Below are positions 32,701 to 41,508 of a stretch of 64,000 bases of DNA, one piece after another. Both the position numbers and the translations under genes were made by a program. The DNA comes from Chloroflexota bacterium (GTDB taxonomy: Bacteria; Chloroflexota; Limnocylindria; Limnocylindrales; CSP1-4). The notes under the pieces were generated by a model. The model did no database searches, was not told where the DNA came from, and worked only from the letters and a program-made list of their open reading frames with translations. The first letter of the stretch is position 1, and each line of letters opens with the position of its first letter. The DNA is taken from contig JAJZRQ010000001.1 in assembly GCA_021802585.1 (NCBI GenBank), positions 11,234 to 75,233 on the forward strand, in the 5' to 3' direction.

Positions 32701-33290
32701 CAGTCGGTCGCGTTGTCGTTCGTGTCGGCGGTGTTCCCGGCGGTGCCACCGGGACGGCGCTCGATCGAGCTCCCGGCCGCCGGCGCGGGGGCTGCGGCGC
32801 CCTCGACCCACGCGTTCGCCGCGTCTCCCCACCCGACGGCGTCGACGACGACGCCGTCGAGCCTCCGCAGGACGACGACGCCGCCCGTCGCGGCGAGCCC
32901 GCCGCTGTAGGTCGCGTCTGCGACGGCCGCGTGGATGCCGAGTGCGTTCGCGACGAGGAGGTGCCGCCCGGGCTCGAGGACGAGTGGCGCCGCCCAGGTG
33001 GCCTTCCGCGTGACCGTCGCCCCCGACGCGGTCACGTAGACGAGCTCGTGACCGCCGAGGTCGAGCGCGCCCGGGCTGCCGTTCGTGATCTCGACGTACT
33101 CGTCCGACGCTGACGCGCCACCGGTGACGACCTCCGCGACGAGAAGGGCAGCGGACGGTGGCCAGCCGACGGCGGCGACGCGCTCCAGGGGCGGCGCCGC
33201 CCCGACGGGCTCGCGTGCGGCGGGGACGCTGGTCAGGCCGGCGAGCAGGACGACGAACGCCCCGATGACGGCGCTCCGTGGCGCGCGCAT
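29793..33290 (-). CDS. Large cell-surface protein: signal peptide, lamin-tail domain (LTD), Pro/Thr-rich linkers, about five repeated OB-fold-like modules, C-terminal TM anchor
   Basis: The start was set to the ATG at 33290, which has a GGAGG RBS and gives the signal peptide [19 protein letters not shown]. The LTD region is [24 protein letters not shown]...[14 protein letters not shown]. Long PTPAPTPSP linkers separate repeated modules of the form VEGVVT...LxDxxG...LxxxGxxxxxYGQxELR. The C-terminal hydrophobic helix is followed by RRARRR. Confidence 0.8.
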   Translation of the reverse strand: MRAPRSAVIGAFVVLLAGLTSVPAAREPVGAAPPLERVAAVGWPPSAALLVAEVVTGGASASDEYVEITNGSPGALDLGGHELVYVTASGATVTRKATWAAPLVLEPGRHLLVANALGIHAAVADATYSGGLAATGGVVVLRRLDGVVVDAVGWGDAANAWVEGAAAPAPAAGSSIERRPGGTAGNTADTNDNATDWAVTTAPVPQPLASAPAPAPGPSATPAPAPTPAPTPGPTPTPTPAPTPTPEPTPSPTPTATPAPTPSPAPTPSPDPTPSPDPTPSPDPTPSPTPTTTPAPAAVDVAVARAAPDGTRVLVRGVLTVPLGSLEDGLGGFLEDATAGIALLLPSAAAGVLPAGHLALAAGTVNDRYGQRTIRLDGPPDLLGAASWPEPLAISTGDASEALEGRLVRVEAPLAEAPSPLASGVSVLLDDGSGPLRAILAFAEPPVLRRGDRVTVSGPLGQRDSSGTGAEGYRVFVADAASLAIAPSPSPAPTPSPAPVPSASPSPSPSPAPTPTPAPTPTPAPTATPGPAPVPIAAARVAGSGARVTVEGVVTAEAGTLDLPPQIAIQDASGALVVRLPDGAPRPVRGTILRASGRLAEPYGQLELRPAAADVAVGGTAALPAPLPAVAASLGEATEGRLVVVDGILDRATARESGGDLVLRLVDVTGAPFVARAAVASGIEPAVARPGARVRLTGIAGQRASRKGALDGYRVWLRDGADLVVTASPSPSPTASAGPTAGATILPIAAALRAPGDRVAVEGVVTIPASLLDATGRRTIVQDATAAVEVLLPAGTTGPPPGTLLRVEGEMGTAYGAPRIRAATATPLGRAAMPAALALSGAPGPGDEGELVRVAGRVVDLRRFGDRWRAEVRTAGATVVVVGLAGAAIDPTTVAEGAVVVVVGVVRRPHPASTDRRFAVVPRGPADIMTRPGGAAAAAAGGGSVTGGPSSGGRTTSVPATAAEAVDADLSAIASLGGRRVRVGGLVVAIAGGRVRLDDGTATGDLALVGDAAALLPLLEPGDAVGATGRVVGAGAGARVEVALAADLVRLGDLGEALPLEAAASGDATAADRGPGWFPAGAADASLAADGLRSDGGAAAEEPPDGAALATGVGLALLLAVGWAVVAAVRWRRARRRTEARVAARIVAFAGPARGVAPPSVRDPA

Positions 33291-33577
33291 GGACGACCTC
33301 CGGGCGGGAGCAGCCGGCGGGGCGTGACCCCGAGGGTGTACCACGGGCCGCTCTGGCGCCCCGCATCCGGCGCTCACACGCCGCTGCACGGCCGCTTCGC
33401 CGGCGCTGCACGGCCGCTCACCGCCCGCACGGCAGCTCGCCGCCGCGCCCGCCGGACGCCCGCAGGAGGAGCGCGGTAGCATGCGATCCGCACCGTCGCC
33501 GCCGTACGCGCCCGCGTGCCGCCGCACGCCGCGGCGCTCCGCCGACCCTCACGATCGTCCATGCCCGAGGAGGACCC

Positions 33578-34273
33578 GTGGCCCGAGCCAAGAAGACCGA
33601 GCGCGCGGAAGCCCGTCGCCGCTACCGTGAGGCCACGGAGGGCGTCGCGGAGGGGCCCGACGACGGGCTCGAGGCTCCCGCCGTCTCGGCCGCGGCCCTG
33701 CCCCGCGAGTACCGCGACCGCCGCCTGCCGGCCGCCGCGGCCCCCCCGGCCCCCACCGGGCGACCGGGGCTCGTCGCGACGCTTCGCGACGCCGCCGGGG
33801 GCGTCGACCTCCGGGGTGATCTCCGCGCGTTCCCGTCACTCGTCGTCCGCTCGAAGGCGGCGATCATCCCGCTGATCGCCATCGTGGCGACGGCGGCCGC
33901 CATCCTCATCCCCTCGGTCGGCTCGAACCAGTTCGTCGCGCTCGCGGGGAACGTTCTCCTCCAGCCACCGCCGATGATCATCGCGTTCCTCGCGGGGATG
34001 CTCGCCCCGCGCGCCGCCTGGCTCTTCGGCGGGGTCACGAGCCTCCTCGCCGGCCTCGCCTGGATCGTCGTGATCTGGGCGACGACGGACGTCCAGGTCA
34101 CGCCGCTCGGGTTCACGTACGTCGTGTCGGCCGCCCAGAAGCTCGCCTACGCCCAGAACGTGCTCATCACTGCCCCGGTGTTCGGCGTGGCGGTGGGGGC
34201 GTTCGCCGGCTTCTACCGGCGCTTCCTCAACCTCTCCACGCCCCAGCGCCAGCCGGGCGGACGTCGCCGCTGA
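33578..34273 (+). CDS. Hypothetical membrane protein (charged N-terminus + 4 TM helices)
   Basis: The start was set to the in-frame GTG at 33578, which follows GAGGAGG. The upstream part of the track ORF is Arg-rich junk. Confidence 0.45.
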   Translation: MARAKKTERAEARRRYREATEGVAEGPDDGLEAPAVSAAALPREYRDRRLPAAAAPPAPTGRPGLVATLRDAAGGVDLRGDLRAFPSLVVRSKAAIIPLIAIVATAAAILIPSVGSNQFVALAGNVLLQPPPMIIAFLAGMLAPRAAWLFGGVTSLLAGLAWIVVIWATTDVQVTPLGFTYVVSAAQKLAYAQNVLITAPVFGVAVGAFAGFYRRFLNLSTPQRQPGGRRR

Positions 34274-34329
34274 CCCGCTGACCCGCTGACCGTCGCTCGG
34301 CGGGCCGCGGACGGCGCGCAGCGTTCCGG

Positions 34330-37300
34330 TCACCCGGTGCGGCGCGTCCCCGCGTAGCCGAGCTGGCGGACCCCGTCCGGCCGGTCCGGCCCGCCCGAGC
34401 GGCGCGCCTCGTCGACGAGCGGCCGGATGTCGCGGGCAACGACGTTCACGACGCTCGACTCGCGCTGGAGCGTGCCCTCGACGAAGAGGAGCGCGTTGCG
34501 ACGGACGACTCCGCGGAGGCGTCCCCAGGCATCCGGCCAGAGGGTGACGTTCACCATCCCGGTCTCGTCCTCCAGGGCGAGGAAGACGGTGCCGCGCGCC
34601 GTCATCGGGTGCTGCCGGGTCACCACGAGGCCCCCGAGGCGGACGGGACCCGGGGGCTGCTCGGCGAGCGACGCGCTCGTCGCGGCCCCCAGCCGTTCGA
34701 GGGCCGGCCGGAAGAGGGCGACGACCTGGCGCCGCGCGTCGAGCGAGAGAATCGCGTACGCGTCGCCGAGCCGCTCGAGCTCGGAAAGTGGCGGGAGGTC
34801 CGGGGCGGGCGTCGCCGGCAGGCGGAGGTCGAGCGGCCGTCCCGCAACACGCCCGCCGCCCCTCGGGGTCCCCCGGACCGGGCGGGCCGTCTCCCGCAGC
34901 TGCCAGAGGAGCTCGCGGCGCGGCCGCCCGAGGGAGTCGAGCGCGCCGGCACGGATGAGCCGCTCGACGACCTCCTCGGGGAACCCCGTCCGCTCGACGA
35001 TGTCGGCGAGGGACGCGTACGGGCCGCGGGCCCGTTCCGCGTCGAGGTGGGCGGCATGCTCCTCGCCGATCCCCTTCACGAGATGGAGGCCGAGGCGGAC
35101 CCCCCAGCCGACCGCGCTCTCCGCGGCCCAGCGATCCCGCGCCGCGCCGCCCGGCATCATGCAGGCCGGCGAGCGCACCGGGCGGGGACGGGCCGGGATC
35201 CCCGCGCCTGCCGGCAGGGGCTCGCCCGCATCGCGGTCGCGACGGCCGTCGTCGCCGACGGCTCCCGCGAGCGCCCAGCCGGGGCGGCCGACCCACTCGG
35301 TCGTCGTGCGGTACGACGACGCGTTGAGGTCGACCGGCAGGACGGCGACCCCGTGCCGCTTCGCGTCGTTCACGAGGACCTCGACGGGGTAGAAGCCCAT
35401 CGGCTGGGCGTTGACGAGCCCGACGAGGAACTGGGCCGGGTAGAAGAGCTTGAGGAAGGACGACTCGTACGCGGTCCGGGCGAAGGCCGCGGCGTGGCTC
35501 TTCGCGAAGCCGAAGCTGGCGAAGCCGGCGACCCGCCGGTAGAGCTCCTCGGCGTCCTCCCGGGACATCCCCTGGACCGTGACGCAGCCGTCGACGAAGC
35601 GACCGTGGAGCTTCTCCATCTCCGCCGGCGAGCGCCAGGTCCCCATCGCCCGCCGAAAGCCGTCCGATTCGGCCGGCGTGAAGCCGGCGACCTCGATCGC
35701 GATCCGCATGACCTGCTCCTGGTAGAGGATCACGCCGAGCGAATCCCGGAGGACCGGCTCGAGCGAGGGATGGAGGTACGTCACCGGCTCGAGCCCCTGC
35801 TTCCGGCGGAGGTAGGGGTGGACCGCGTTGCCCTGGATCGGGCCCGGCCGGATGATCGCGACCTCCACGACGAGGTCGTCGAGGCAGGCTGGCCGGGATT
35901 TCGGGAGCGTCTGCATCTGGGCTCGACTCTCGACCTGGAAGACCCCGACCGTGTCGGCCGCGCGGAGCATCGCGAAGACCTCCGGGACCTCCTCGGGGAT
36001 CCGGTCGAGGTCGACGCAGACGGCGCAGTCGTGCTCGATCAGCTGGACGGTCTCGTCGATCGCGGCGAGCATCCCGAGCCCGAGGAGGTCGAGCTTGATG
36101 AGCTTGAGAGTCTCGATGTCGCGCTTGTCGAACTGGACGACGACCCGGCCGGGCATCGCCGCCCGCTCGAGGGGCGCGATGTCGACGAGCGGGGCCGCGG
36201 TCACGAGCATCCCCCCGGTGTGGATCGAGAGGTGGCGCGGGAAGCCGTCGAGGCGGGCGCAGAGCTCGAGCCAGCGTTCCCACGGCGACATCCCGACGGT
36301 GCTTCCCCCGCGGGGCGCTGGCGGTGGCTCGGGCTCGAGCCGGGCGACCGAGGAGCGGGGGGCCCGGCCATCGCGCCCCGGCCCGACGACCGGCGGGGGC
36401 GGCGGGACGTCGAAGGGGCGCGGCCGGCCGAGCCGGTCGACGGCACGCGCCGGCGGCGCGAGGACGCCCGACTCCGCGTCGATCTCCCGGCCGTCGATCG
36501 TGCCCGGCGGCCCCGTGGGGCGGCGGGGCGGCCCGGCGCCCGGCCCGAACGTGTGGCCCGGGACCGGTCCCGCCGCCGTCACGGCGGGCGTCCCGCCGCG
36601 GACGATCCAGGCGACGCTCGCCGGGGAGTCGCCGGGGCCGCCCTCGTCGTCCGAGCGACCGCCCGACCGGATCGCCGGGGCGGAGCCCGTCCCCGGCAGG
36701 AGCCCGGTGCTGCGCGCGACGTCCTCCGGATGCGCCCGGGGGCGGTCGAGCCGCCCCATCCGGTCGACGAGCCCGCGATCGCCGGCACGCGCCGCCGCGG
36801 CCTCGCCCTCGCGGTCCTCGCCGGGGCGGTGGAAGAACTCGGCGAAGCCGCCGTCCGCCTCGAGGTCGCGTCGGACCATCACCGAGTCGTACGTCTCGAG
36901 CGCCTTCGCCACGCGGTCGACGAGCGGGCGCGGGAAGCCGAGCGCATGGCCGACCTCGCGGACGGCGCTCCGGGCCCGGTACGTCACGAGGTTGCAGACC
37001 ATTCCCGTGTGCTCGCCCCCGTAGCGCCCGTAGACGTACTGGATCACCTCCTCGCGGCGCTCCGAGCTGAAGTCGATGTCGACGTCGGGATACGTCGTGC
37101 GGCCCTCGTTGATGAACCGCTCGAAGAGGAGGTTGTGGCGGATCGGGTCGACCCGGGTGATCCCCAGCACGTACGCGACGATCGAGTCGGCGGCGCTGCC
37201 CCGACCCTGGGCGGGGATCCGGCGCTCCTTCGCGAAGCGCATGAGGTCCCAGCAGATGAGGAAGAACTCGGCGAGGCCCGTGCGCTCGATGACGTCGAGC

Positions 37301-38508
37301 TCGTGGGCGAGCTGCCTCACGACGGCGGGCGTGACCGGGTGGTAGCGCCTCCGGACGCCGCCGTGGCAGAGCTCCGCGAGGTACGAGAAGGCCGTCTCGC
37401 CGGACGGGACCGGGAACCCCGGAAAGCGGTACCGCTCGAAGCCGAGGTCGACCCGGCAGGCGGCCGCCAGCTCCCCCGCGTTGCCGATCCCCTCGTGCCA
37501 CGCCGCCGCGGTCGCCGCGTCGGCGGCCGCGTCCCCCGGCGGCAGGGCGGCGAGCTGGGGGCCCGGCTTCAGGAAGTGCTCCCCGCTCGGCGTCCGCAGA
37601 TCGGCGAGCGTCTCGACCGTCCGCCCGTGGCGGATCGCGGTGAGGACGTCGTGGAGCTCCCGGTCCGCGGGACGGGCGTAGCGGACGTCGTTCGTCACGA
37701 CGACCGGGAGGCCGAGCTCGCGGGCGAGCCGGGCGGTCTCGGCGACGAGCCAGTCGTCGCCCGGCAGGAGATGGTGGGAGAGCTCGAGGAAGAGCCCGGC
37801 CCGGGCAGTGTCGGAGCCGCGCCGCTCGCCACCTGGCGGAGCGAAGAGGCGGGCGTAGCCCTCGGCCGCGGCGCGCGCGCCCGCGCGATCGCCGGCGAGG
37901 AGGCGCCGGGCGATCTCCCCGTGACGACAGCCCGAGAGGGCGACGAGCCCCTCCACGTGCCCGGCGAGGAGCGCCTGCGTCACCCGCGGCGCCGCCTTCG
38001 TGCCCGCCAGGTTCGCCCGCGACAGGAGGCGGCAGAGGCTCCGGTAGCCTGTCCCGTCGCGGGCGAGCAGGACGAGGTGCGGACCACGCTCCCCCGCCCC
38101 GACGCCGCGGTGGTCCTCGCGGACCGGCTCGCGGTGCCCCGGCAGCCGGGCGCGCTCCGGCCGGGGGCGCGCGGGGAGGCCGGCCCGGGGCCCGGGAGGC
38201 GGATCCCCGCCCGGGGCGGGTCGGCCCCTCGTCCGCGGCGGCCGCCGCGCCGGGATCACGAGCCCGTGGGGGTCCGGGGCCGCGGCGTCCACGAGCTCGA
38301 CCTCGACGCCGACGACCGGGTGGAGCCCCGCCTCCTCGGCCGCCGACGTGAAGCGGACGACACCGTAGAGCCCCTGCCGGTCGGTGACCGCGAGCGCGGA
38401 GAGGCCGAGCTCGACGGCCCGCTCGACGAGGTCGGCCGGCGGGGAGGCGCCGTCGAGGAACGAGAAGTTCGTGTGCGCGTGGAGCTCGGCATAGGCCGAC
38501 GCGGGCAT
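34330..38508 (-). CDS. dnaE2: Error-prone DNA polymerase DnaE2 (ImuC), unusually long (1392 aa) owing to low-complexity insertions
   Basis: The N-terminus AELHAHTNFSFLDGASPPADLVERAVELGLSALAVTDRQGLYGVVRF matches DnaE2 rather than DnaE1. PHP, palm and fingers regions are recognisable. A LexA-like box lies ~60 nt upstream. Confidence 0.9.
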   Translation of the reverse strand: MPASAYAELHAHTNFSFLDGASPPADLVERAVELGLSALAVTDRQGLYGVVRFTSAAEEAGLHPVVGVEVELVDAAAPDPHGLVIPARRPPRTRGRPAPGGDPPPGPRAGLPARPRPERARLPGHREPVREDHRGVGAGERGPHLVLLARDGTGYRSLCRLLSRANLAGTKAAPRVTQALLAGHVEGLVALSGCRHGEIARRLLAGDRAGARAAAEGYARLFAPPGGERRGSDTARAGLFLELSHHLLPGDDWLVAETARLARELGLPVVVTNDVRYARPADRELHDVLTAIRHGRTVETLADLRTPSGEHFLKPGPQLAALPPGDAAADAATAAAWHEGIGNAGELAAACRVDLGFERYRFPGFPVPSGETAFSYLAELCHGGVRRRYHPVTPAVVRQLAHELDVIERTGLAEFFLICWDLMRFAKERRIPAQGRGSAADSIVAYVLGITRVDPIRHNLLFERFINEGRTTYPDVDIDFSSERREEVIQYVYGRYGGEHTGMVCNLVTYRARSAVREVGHALGFPRPLVDRVAKALETYDSVMVRRDLEADGGFAEFFHRPGEDREGEAAAARAGDRGLVDRMGRLDRPRAHPEDVARSTGLLPGTGSAPAIRSGGRSDDEGGPGDSPASVAWIVRGGTPAVTAAGPVPGHTFGPGAGPPRRPTGPPGTIDGREIDAESGVLAPPARAVDRLGRPRPFDVPPPPPVVGPGRDGRAPRSSVARLEPEPPPAPRGGSTVGMSPWERWLELCARLDGFPRHLSIHTGGMLVTAAPLVDIAPLERAAMPGRVVVQFDKRDIETLKLIKLDLLGLGMLAAIDETVQLIEHDCAVCVDLDRIPEEVPEVFAMLRAADTVGVFQVESRAQMQTLPKSRPACLDDLVVEVAIIRPGPIQGNAVHPYLRRKQGLEPVTYLHPSLEPVLRDSLGVILYQEQVMRIAIEVAGFTPAESDGFRRAMGTWRSPAEMEKLHGRFVDGCVTVQGMSREDAEELYRRVAGFASFGFAKSHAAAFARTAYESSFLKLFYPAQFLVGLVNAQPMGFYPVEVLVNDAKRHGVAVLPVDLNASSYRTTTEWVGRPGWALAGAVGDDGRRDRDAGEPLPAGAGIPARPRPVRSPACMMPGGAARDRWAAESAVGWGVRLGLHLVKGIGEEHAAHLDAERARGPYASLADIVERTGFPEEVVERLIRAGALDSLGRPRRELLWQLRETARPVRGTPRGGGRVAGRPLDLRLPATPAPDLPPLSELERLGDAYAILSLDARRQVVALFRPALERLGAATSASLAEQPPGPVRLGGLVVTRQHPMTARGTVFLALEDETGMVNVTLWPDAWGRLRGVVRRNALLFVEGTLQRESSVVNVVARDIRPLVDEARRSGGPDRPDGVRQLGYAGTRRTG

Positions 38509-38567
38509 GGCACGGACCGGGCGAGGGACGGCGGCACGGCCGTCACGGTGGCGGGGCAGTGCAAAGA

Positions 38568-38583
38568 TAGAACAGCTGTTCGC
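38568..38583. promoter_or_regulatory. LexA (SOS) box-like palindrome upstream of dnaE2
   Basis: TAGAACAGCTGTTCGC, compared with the actinobacterial TCGAAC-N4-GTTCGA; the core GAAC-N4-GTTC is intact. Confidence 0.55.
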
Positions 38584-38923
38584 ATTGTGTCAAGGCCGAC
38601 GGCCTCGCCGCGCGCCGTCGGCGCCGGGACGCGAATCCCTCCCCGCCCCGCAACAAACCCGGGGTCCGCGACGTCTCAGGGGACGATGCGCGCGTTCTTC
38701 GTCAGCACCCGCTCGGTTCTCCCGACGATCCTCCTCGTCGTCGCGGCGAGCGCGCTCGTCCTCGTCGTCCTCCCCGCGGTCCTCGCGGCCGCCGGCCGGG
38801 CGACCGCCTGACCGAACCCTCCGCGCCGCTCCCGTCACTGGGGACCAGGAGCGGCGGCCTCCTCCGGGCCCCGTCGCCCCGCCGCGACGGGGCCCGCTGG
38901 ATTCCTGGGCTACCATCAGCGGC

Positions 38924-39445
38924 ATGCCGCGCCGCGCGACACCGCTCCTCCTTGCCGCCGTCGTGGCGATCGTCGTCGCCGCCTGCAGCGGCACGATCGC
39001 GACGCCCGTCCCGACGGCCTCGCCGGGCGCGTCGGAGCCCACGCCCGCCGGACCGACGTCCGTGCCGGGCGGCAGCGCGGCGACACCGCCCGCGACGTCC
39101 GGCACGTTCACGACCGCCTGGGGCACGGCCCGCGAGGCCGTCCCGCCGGGGTTCCCCGTCCCGCCCGGCGGGCGACCGGCCGACCCGTCCGATCCCGTCG
39201 CGGGACCAGTGTCGGGGGCGTGGGTCGTCGAGGGGAGCCCCGCCGAGGTGGCGCAGGCGATGGAGGCCCGGCTCGACGCCGCCGGCTACCGGACAGCGGC
39301 GATCGACGGGCCGAACGAGGACGGCGGCCTCGTGATCAGCTCCGCGGGCCCGGATCCCGCGTGCCGGGTCCAGACGACAGTCCGACCGCTCGGCGGCATG
39401 ACGATCGTGGAAGTCCTCTTCGGGGCCGCCTGCCCGTTCGGCTGA
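38924..39445 (+). CDS. Putative lipoprotein
   Basis: Signal peptide with lipobox (LLLAAVVAIVVAAC|SG), a Pro/Thr-rich spacer and a folded C-terminal domain (173 aa). It is the in-frame portion of track ORF 38507..39445. Confidence 0.55.
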   Translation: MPRRATPLLLAAVVAIVVAACSGTIATPVPTASPGASEPTPAGPTSVPGGSAATPPATSGTFTTAWGTAREAVPPGFPVPPGGRPADPSDPVAGPVSGAWVVEGSPAEVAQAMEARLDAAGYRTAAIDGPNEDGGLVISSAGPDPACRVQTTVRPLGGMTIVEVLFGAACPFG

Positions 39446-39583
39446 GGCGCGCCCGACGGGCCGTCGTGAAGGCAGCATCACGACCGCGCTACTCTGGCAC
39501 GCGCGGCCGTGCGGTGGCGGGCCCCCCGGGGGACGGGCGGGCAAGCAGGCTGGACCGGGGGACCCGGGCAAGGAGGCAGGACG

Positions 39584-39721
39584 ATGAACCCGACCCCGCG
39601 CGAATGGCTGGGAGCCGGCATCCTGGCGGTCGTCCTCGTGCTCCTCGTCCTCGTCCTCGTCGTGGCCGCGGTGCCCGCCGCCGGCGAGGCCGGCAACGCC
39701 CTGCGGGCGGCCCTCGGCTAG
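39584..39721 (+). CDS. Small single-TM protein (45 aa)
   Basis: The ATG follows a strong AAGGAGG RBS. The product is MNPTPREWLGAGILAVVLVLLVLVLVVAAVPAAGEAGNALRAALG. Confidence 0.4.
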   Translation: MNPTPREWLGAGILAVVLVLLVLVLVVAAVPAAGEAGNALRAALG

Positions 39722-40359
39722 GTCCCGCCGCGCCCGGCTCCGCCGCCCGGCTCCGCGGCGGCCCCGGAGGCCGCGGGCGGCTCGGCGAAGGCCGCGGGCG
39801 GCTCGGCGAGGGCTCCGGTGAGCGTCTCGATCCCGTAGCGGAACGCGCGCTCGACGTCGCCGCCGAGCCCGAACCCGCCGGCGAGCTCCATGCTCGTGAA
39901 GCCGTGCACGTACGCCGTGAGGAGCCGTGCCGCGTCGAGCGCGCGGCCGGGGCCGACGAGCCGCGCGCACGCGTCGAGGAGCGGCGCGACGGCCATCGCC
40001 GCGAGGTCGGCGGAGGGGCGGTCGGCGCCCGCGAACGGCCCGAAGAGATACCGGTAGGCGTTCGGCGCGCGACGGGCCCAGGCGCGGAAGGCGACGGCCA
40101 TCGCTCGGACGTCGGCCGCCGGGTCGCCGGTGCGCGCCGCGTCCCCGAGGACGAGCCCGATCTCGAGAGTGGCGCTCTCCGAGACGGCGCGCAGGAGCGC
40201 GGCCCGGCCCGCGACATGCTTGTAGAGCGAGGGAGCCCGCACGCCGACCCGGTCCGCGACGGCCCGCATCGTGACGGCCTCGGGGCCGCCCGCCTCGAGC
40301 AGGTCGCAGGCGGCCGCGAGGATCGCCGTATCGGTCGTACGCGCCGGGGCAGGGCTCAT
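39718..40359 (-). CDS. TetR/AcrR-family transcriptional regulator
   Basis: The start was re-set to the ATG at 40359 (213 aa). The N-terminal HTH is TMRAVADRVGVRAPSLYKHV. It is divergent from the MBL hydrolase gene. Confidence 0.85.
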   Translation of the reverse strand: MSPAPARTTDTAILAAACDLLEAGGPEAVTMRAVADRVGVRAPSLYKHVAGRAALLRAVSESATLEIGLVLGDAARTGDPAADVRAMAVAFRAWARRAPNAYRYLFGPFAGADRPSADLAAMAVAPLLDACARLVGPGRALDAARLLTAYVHGFTSMELAGGFGLGGDVERAFRYGIETLTGALAEPPAAFAEPPAASGAAAEPGGGAGRGGT

Positions 40360-40369
40360 CGGTCGAGTA

Positions 40370-40424
40370 TAGGCTATTGACAGTAGCCTACAAGGCCCGG
40401 CATGATGGCTACGAACAGTAGCCA
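40370..40424. promoter_or_regulatory. Two palindromic operator-like sites in the TetR/MBL divergent intergenic region
   Basis: TAGGCTA-ttgacag-TAGCCTA (40370-40390) and TGGCTAC-gaaca-GTAGCCA (40406-40424) share the core GGCTA-N7-TAGCC. The first overlaps a TTGACA -35-like hexamer. Confidence 0.5.
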
Positions 40425-40468
40425 ATGTTCGACGCCGGGGCCGGGCCGGCCACAGCCAGGGGGACAGG

Positions 40469-41218
40469 ATGGAGATCGCGCCGGGCATCCGCCGGGTCGG
40501 CGCCCAGGGCCTCGTGAACGTCTACCTCGTCGAGGAGGCGGGCAGCGTGACGATCGTCGACGCCGGCCTGCCCGGACTCTGGAGGGAGCTGCCGGCCGAG
40601 CTGGCGGCGATGGGTCGCAGTCTCGATGACGTCCGGGCGCTGGTGCTCACCCACGCCCACTCCGACCATGTCGGTTTCGCCGAGCGGATCCGGCGCGAGC
40701 GAGCGGTGGCGGTCGCCGTCCACGCGGACGACGCCGCGCTCGCCCGCGGCGAGGAGAAGCAGGCGCGCGACGAGCACGGGCCGGGGTACCGCGGCTGGAG
40801 CCCCCTGGCCCTCACGCGGTTCTTCGCGTACGGGCTGACACGGGGGCTCACGACCGTCGTCCCGATCGCCGAGGTGGCCACGTTCCTCGACGGGGCGACG
40901 CTCGACGTGCCGGGCGCCCCGCGCGTCGTCCACGTGCCGGGCCACACGGCAGGGAGTGTTGCGTTCCATCTCCCCGCGCGGGACGCGGCGTTCGTCGGCG
41001 ACGCCTTCGTGACCCGCGATGTCGTCACGGGCCGGCATGGCCCCCGGTTCGCGACCGCGTTCAACGCCGACAACCGCCGCGCGGTCGCGTCGCTCGCGCG
41101 CCTCGACGGCATCGCGGCCCGGCATGTCCTCCCTGGCCACGGTGACCCGTGGTCGCACGGGATGACGGAAGCCGTCCAGCGGGTCCGCGACAGCATCCCG
41201 GCCGAGCTGCGTGCCTGA
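40469..41218 (+). CDS. MBL-fold metallo-hydrolase
   Basis: THAHSDHVG (HxHxDH) metal-binding motif plus downstream His/Asp ligands; 249 aa. Confidence 0.85.
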   Translation: MEIAPGIRRVGAQGLVNVYLVEEAGSVTIVDAGLPGLWRELPAELAAMGRSLDDVRALVLTHAHSDHVGFAERIRRERAVAVAVHADDAALARGEEKQARDEHGPGYRGWSPLALTRFFAYGLTRGLTTVVPIAEVATFLDGATLDVPGAPRVVHVPGHTAGSVAFHLPARDAAFVGDAFVTRDVVTGRHGPRFATAFNADNRRAVASLARLDGIAARHVLPGHGDPWSHGMTEAVQRVRDSIPAELRA

Positions 41219-41259
41219 GCGCCCGTGCGCCACCCCTGCCCGGCGCTCCGCCGCGCACG

Positions 41260-41508
41260 TCAGTCGTAGAGGCGCTCGAGGTGCCACGAACCGTCGACCC
41301 GGTCGAGGTAGACGAGGGCGAGCCAGCGGGCGCCGACGACCTTGAAGTAGTCGCGGGCGATCGGGCGACCCCACCAGGCCTCCTCGACCCGCCAGCGGGC
41401 GCAGACCTCGACCGGCTCGCGGCGTCCGGCCCAACCGATCGCGACGAGGCGACCGGCGGCGTCGACCTCGGCCTCGATCGGCGGGTGCTCGCGGAGGAGG
41501 CGCGTCAC
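41260..41508 (-). CDS. Small conserved hypothetical protein (82 aa), translationally coupled to imuB
   Basis: The GTG start overlaps the imuB stop (GTGA). The product is Trp/Arg-rich and non-repetitive (…RWRVEEAWWGRPIARDYFKVVGARWLALVYLDRVDGSWHLERLYD). Confidence 0.5.
   Translation of the reverse strand: MTRLLREHPPIEAEVDAAGRLVAIGWAGRREPVEVCARWRVEEAWWGRPIARDYFKVVGARWLALVYLDRVDGSWHLERLYD

Noticed and set aside
29656-33411. 1251-aa Arg-rich minus ORF and 855-aa plus ORF over the LTD surface-protein gene
   Set aside because: Alternative frames of the real 1165-aa gene; they have no signal peptide or domains and are dominated by Arg/Gly.
34609-38811. 1400-aa plus-strand ORF antisense to dnaE2
   Set aside because: Low-complexity; the opposite strand encodes a full DnaE2 polymerase.
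38686-38811. 42-aa hydrophobic peptide ORF upstream of the lipoprotein gene
   Set aside because: It could be a small membrane protein, but it lies within the 3' end of a long antisense artefact ORF and has no clear RBS.
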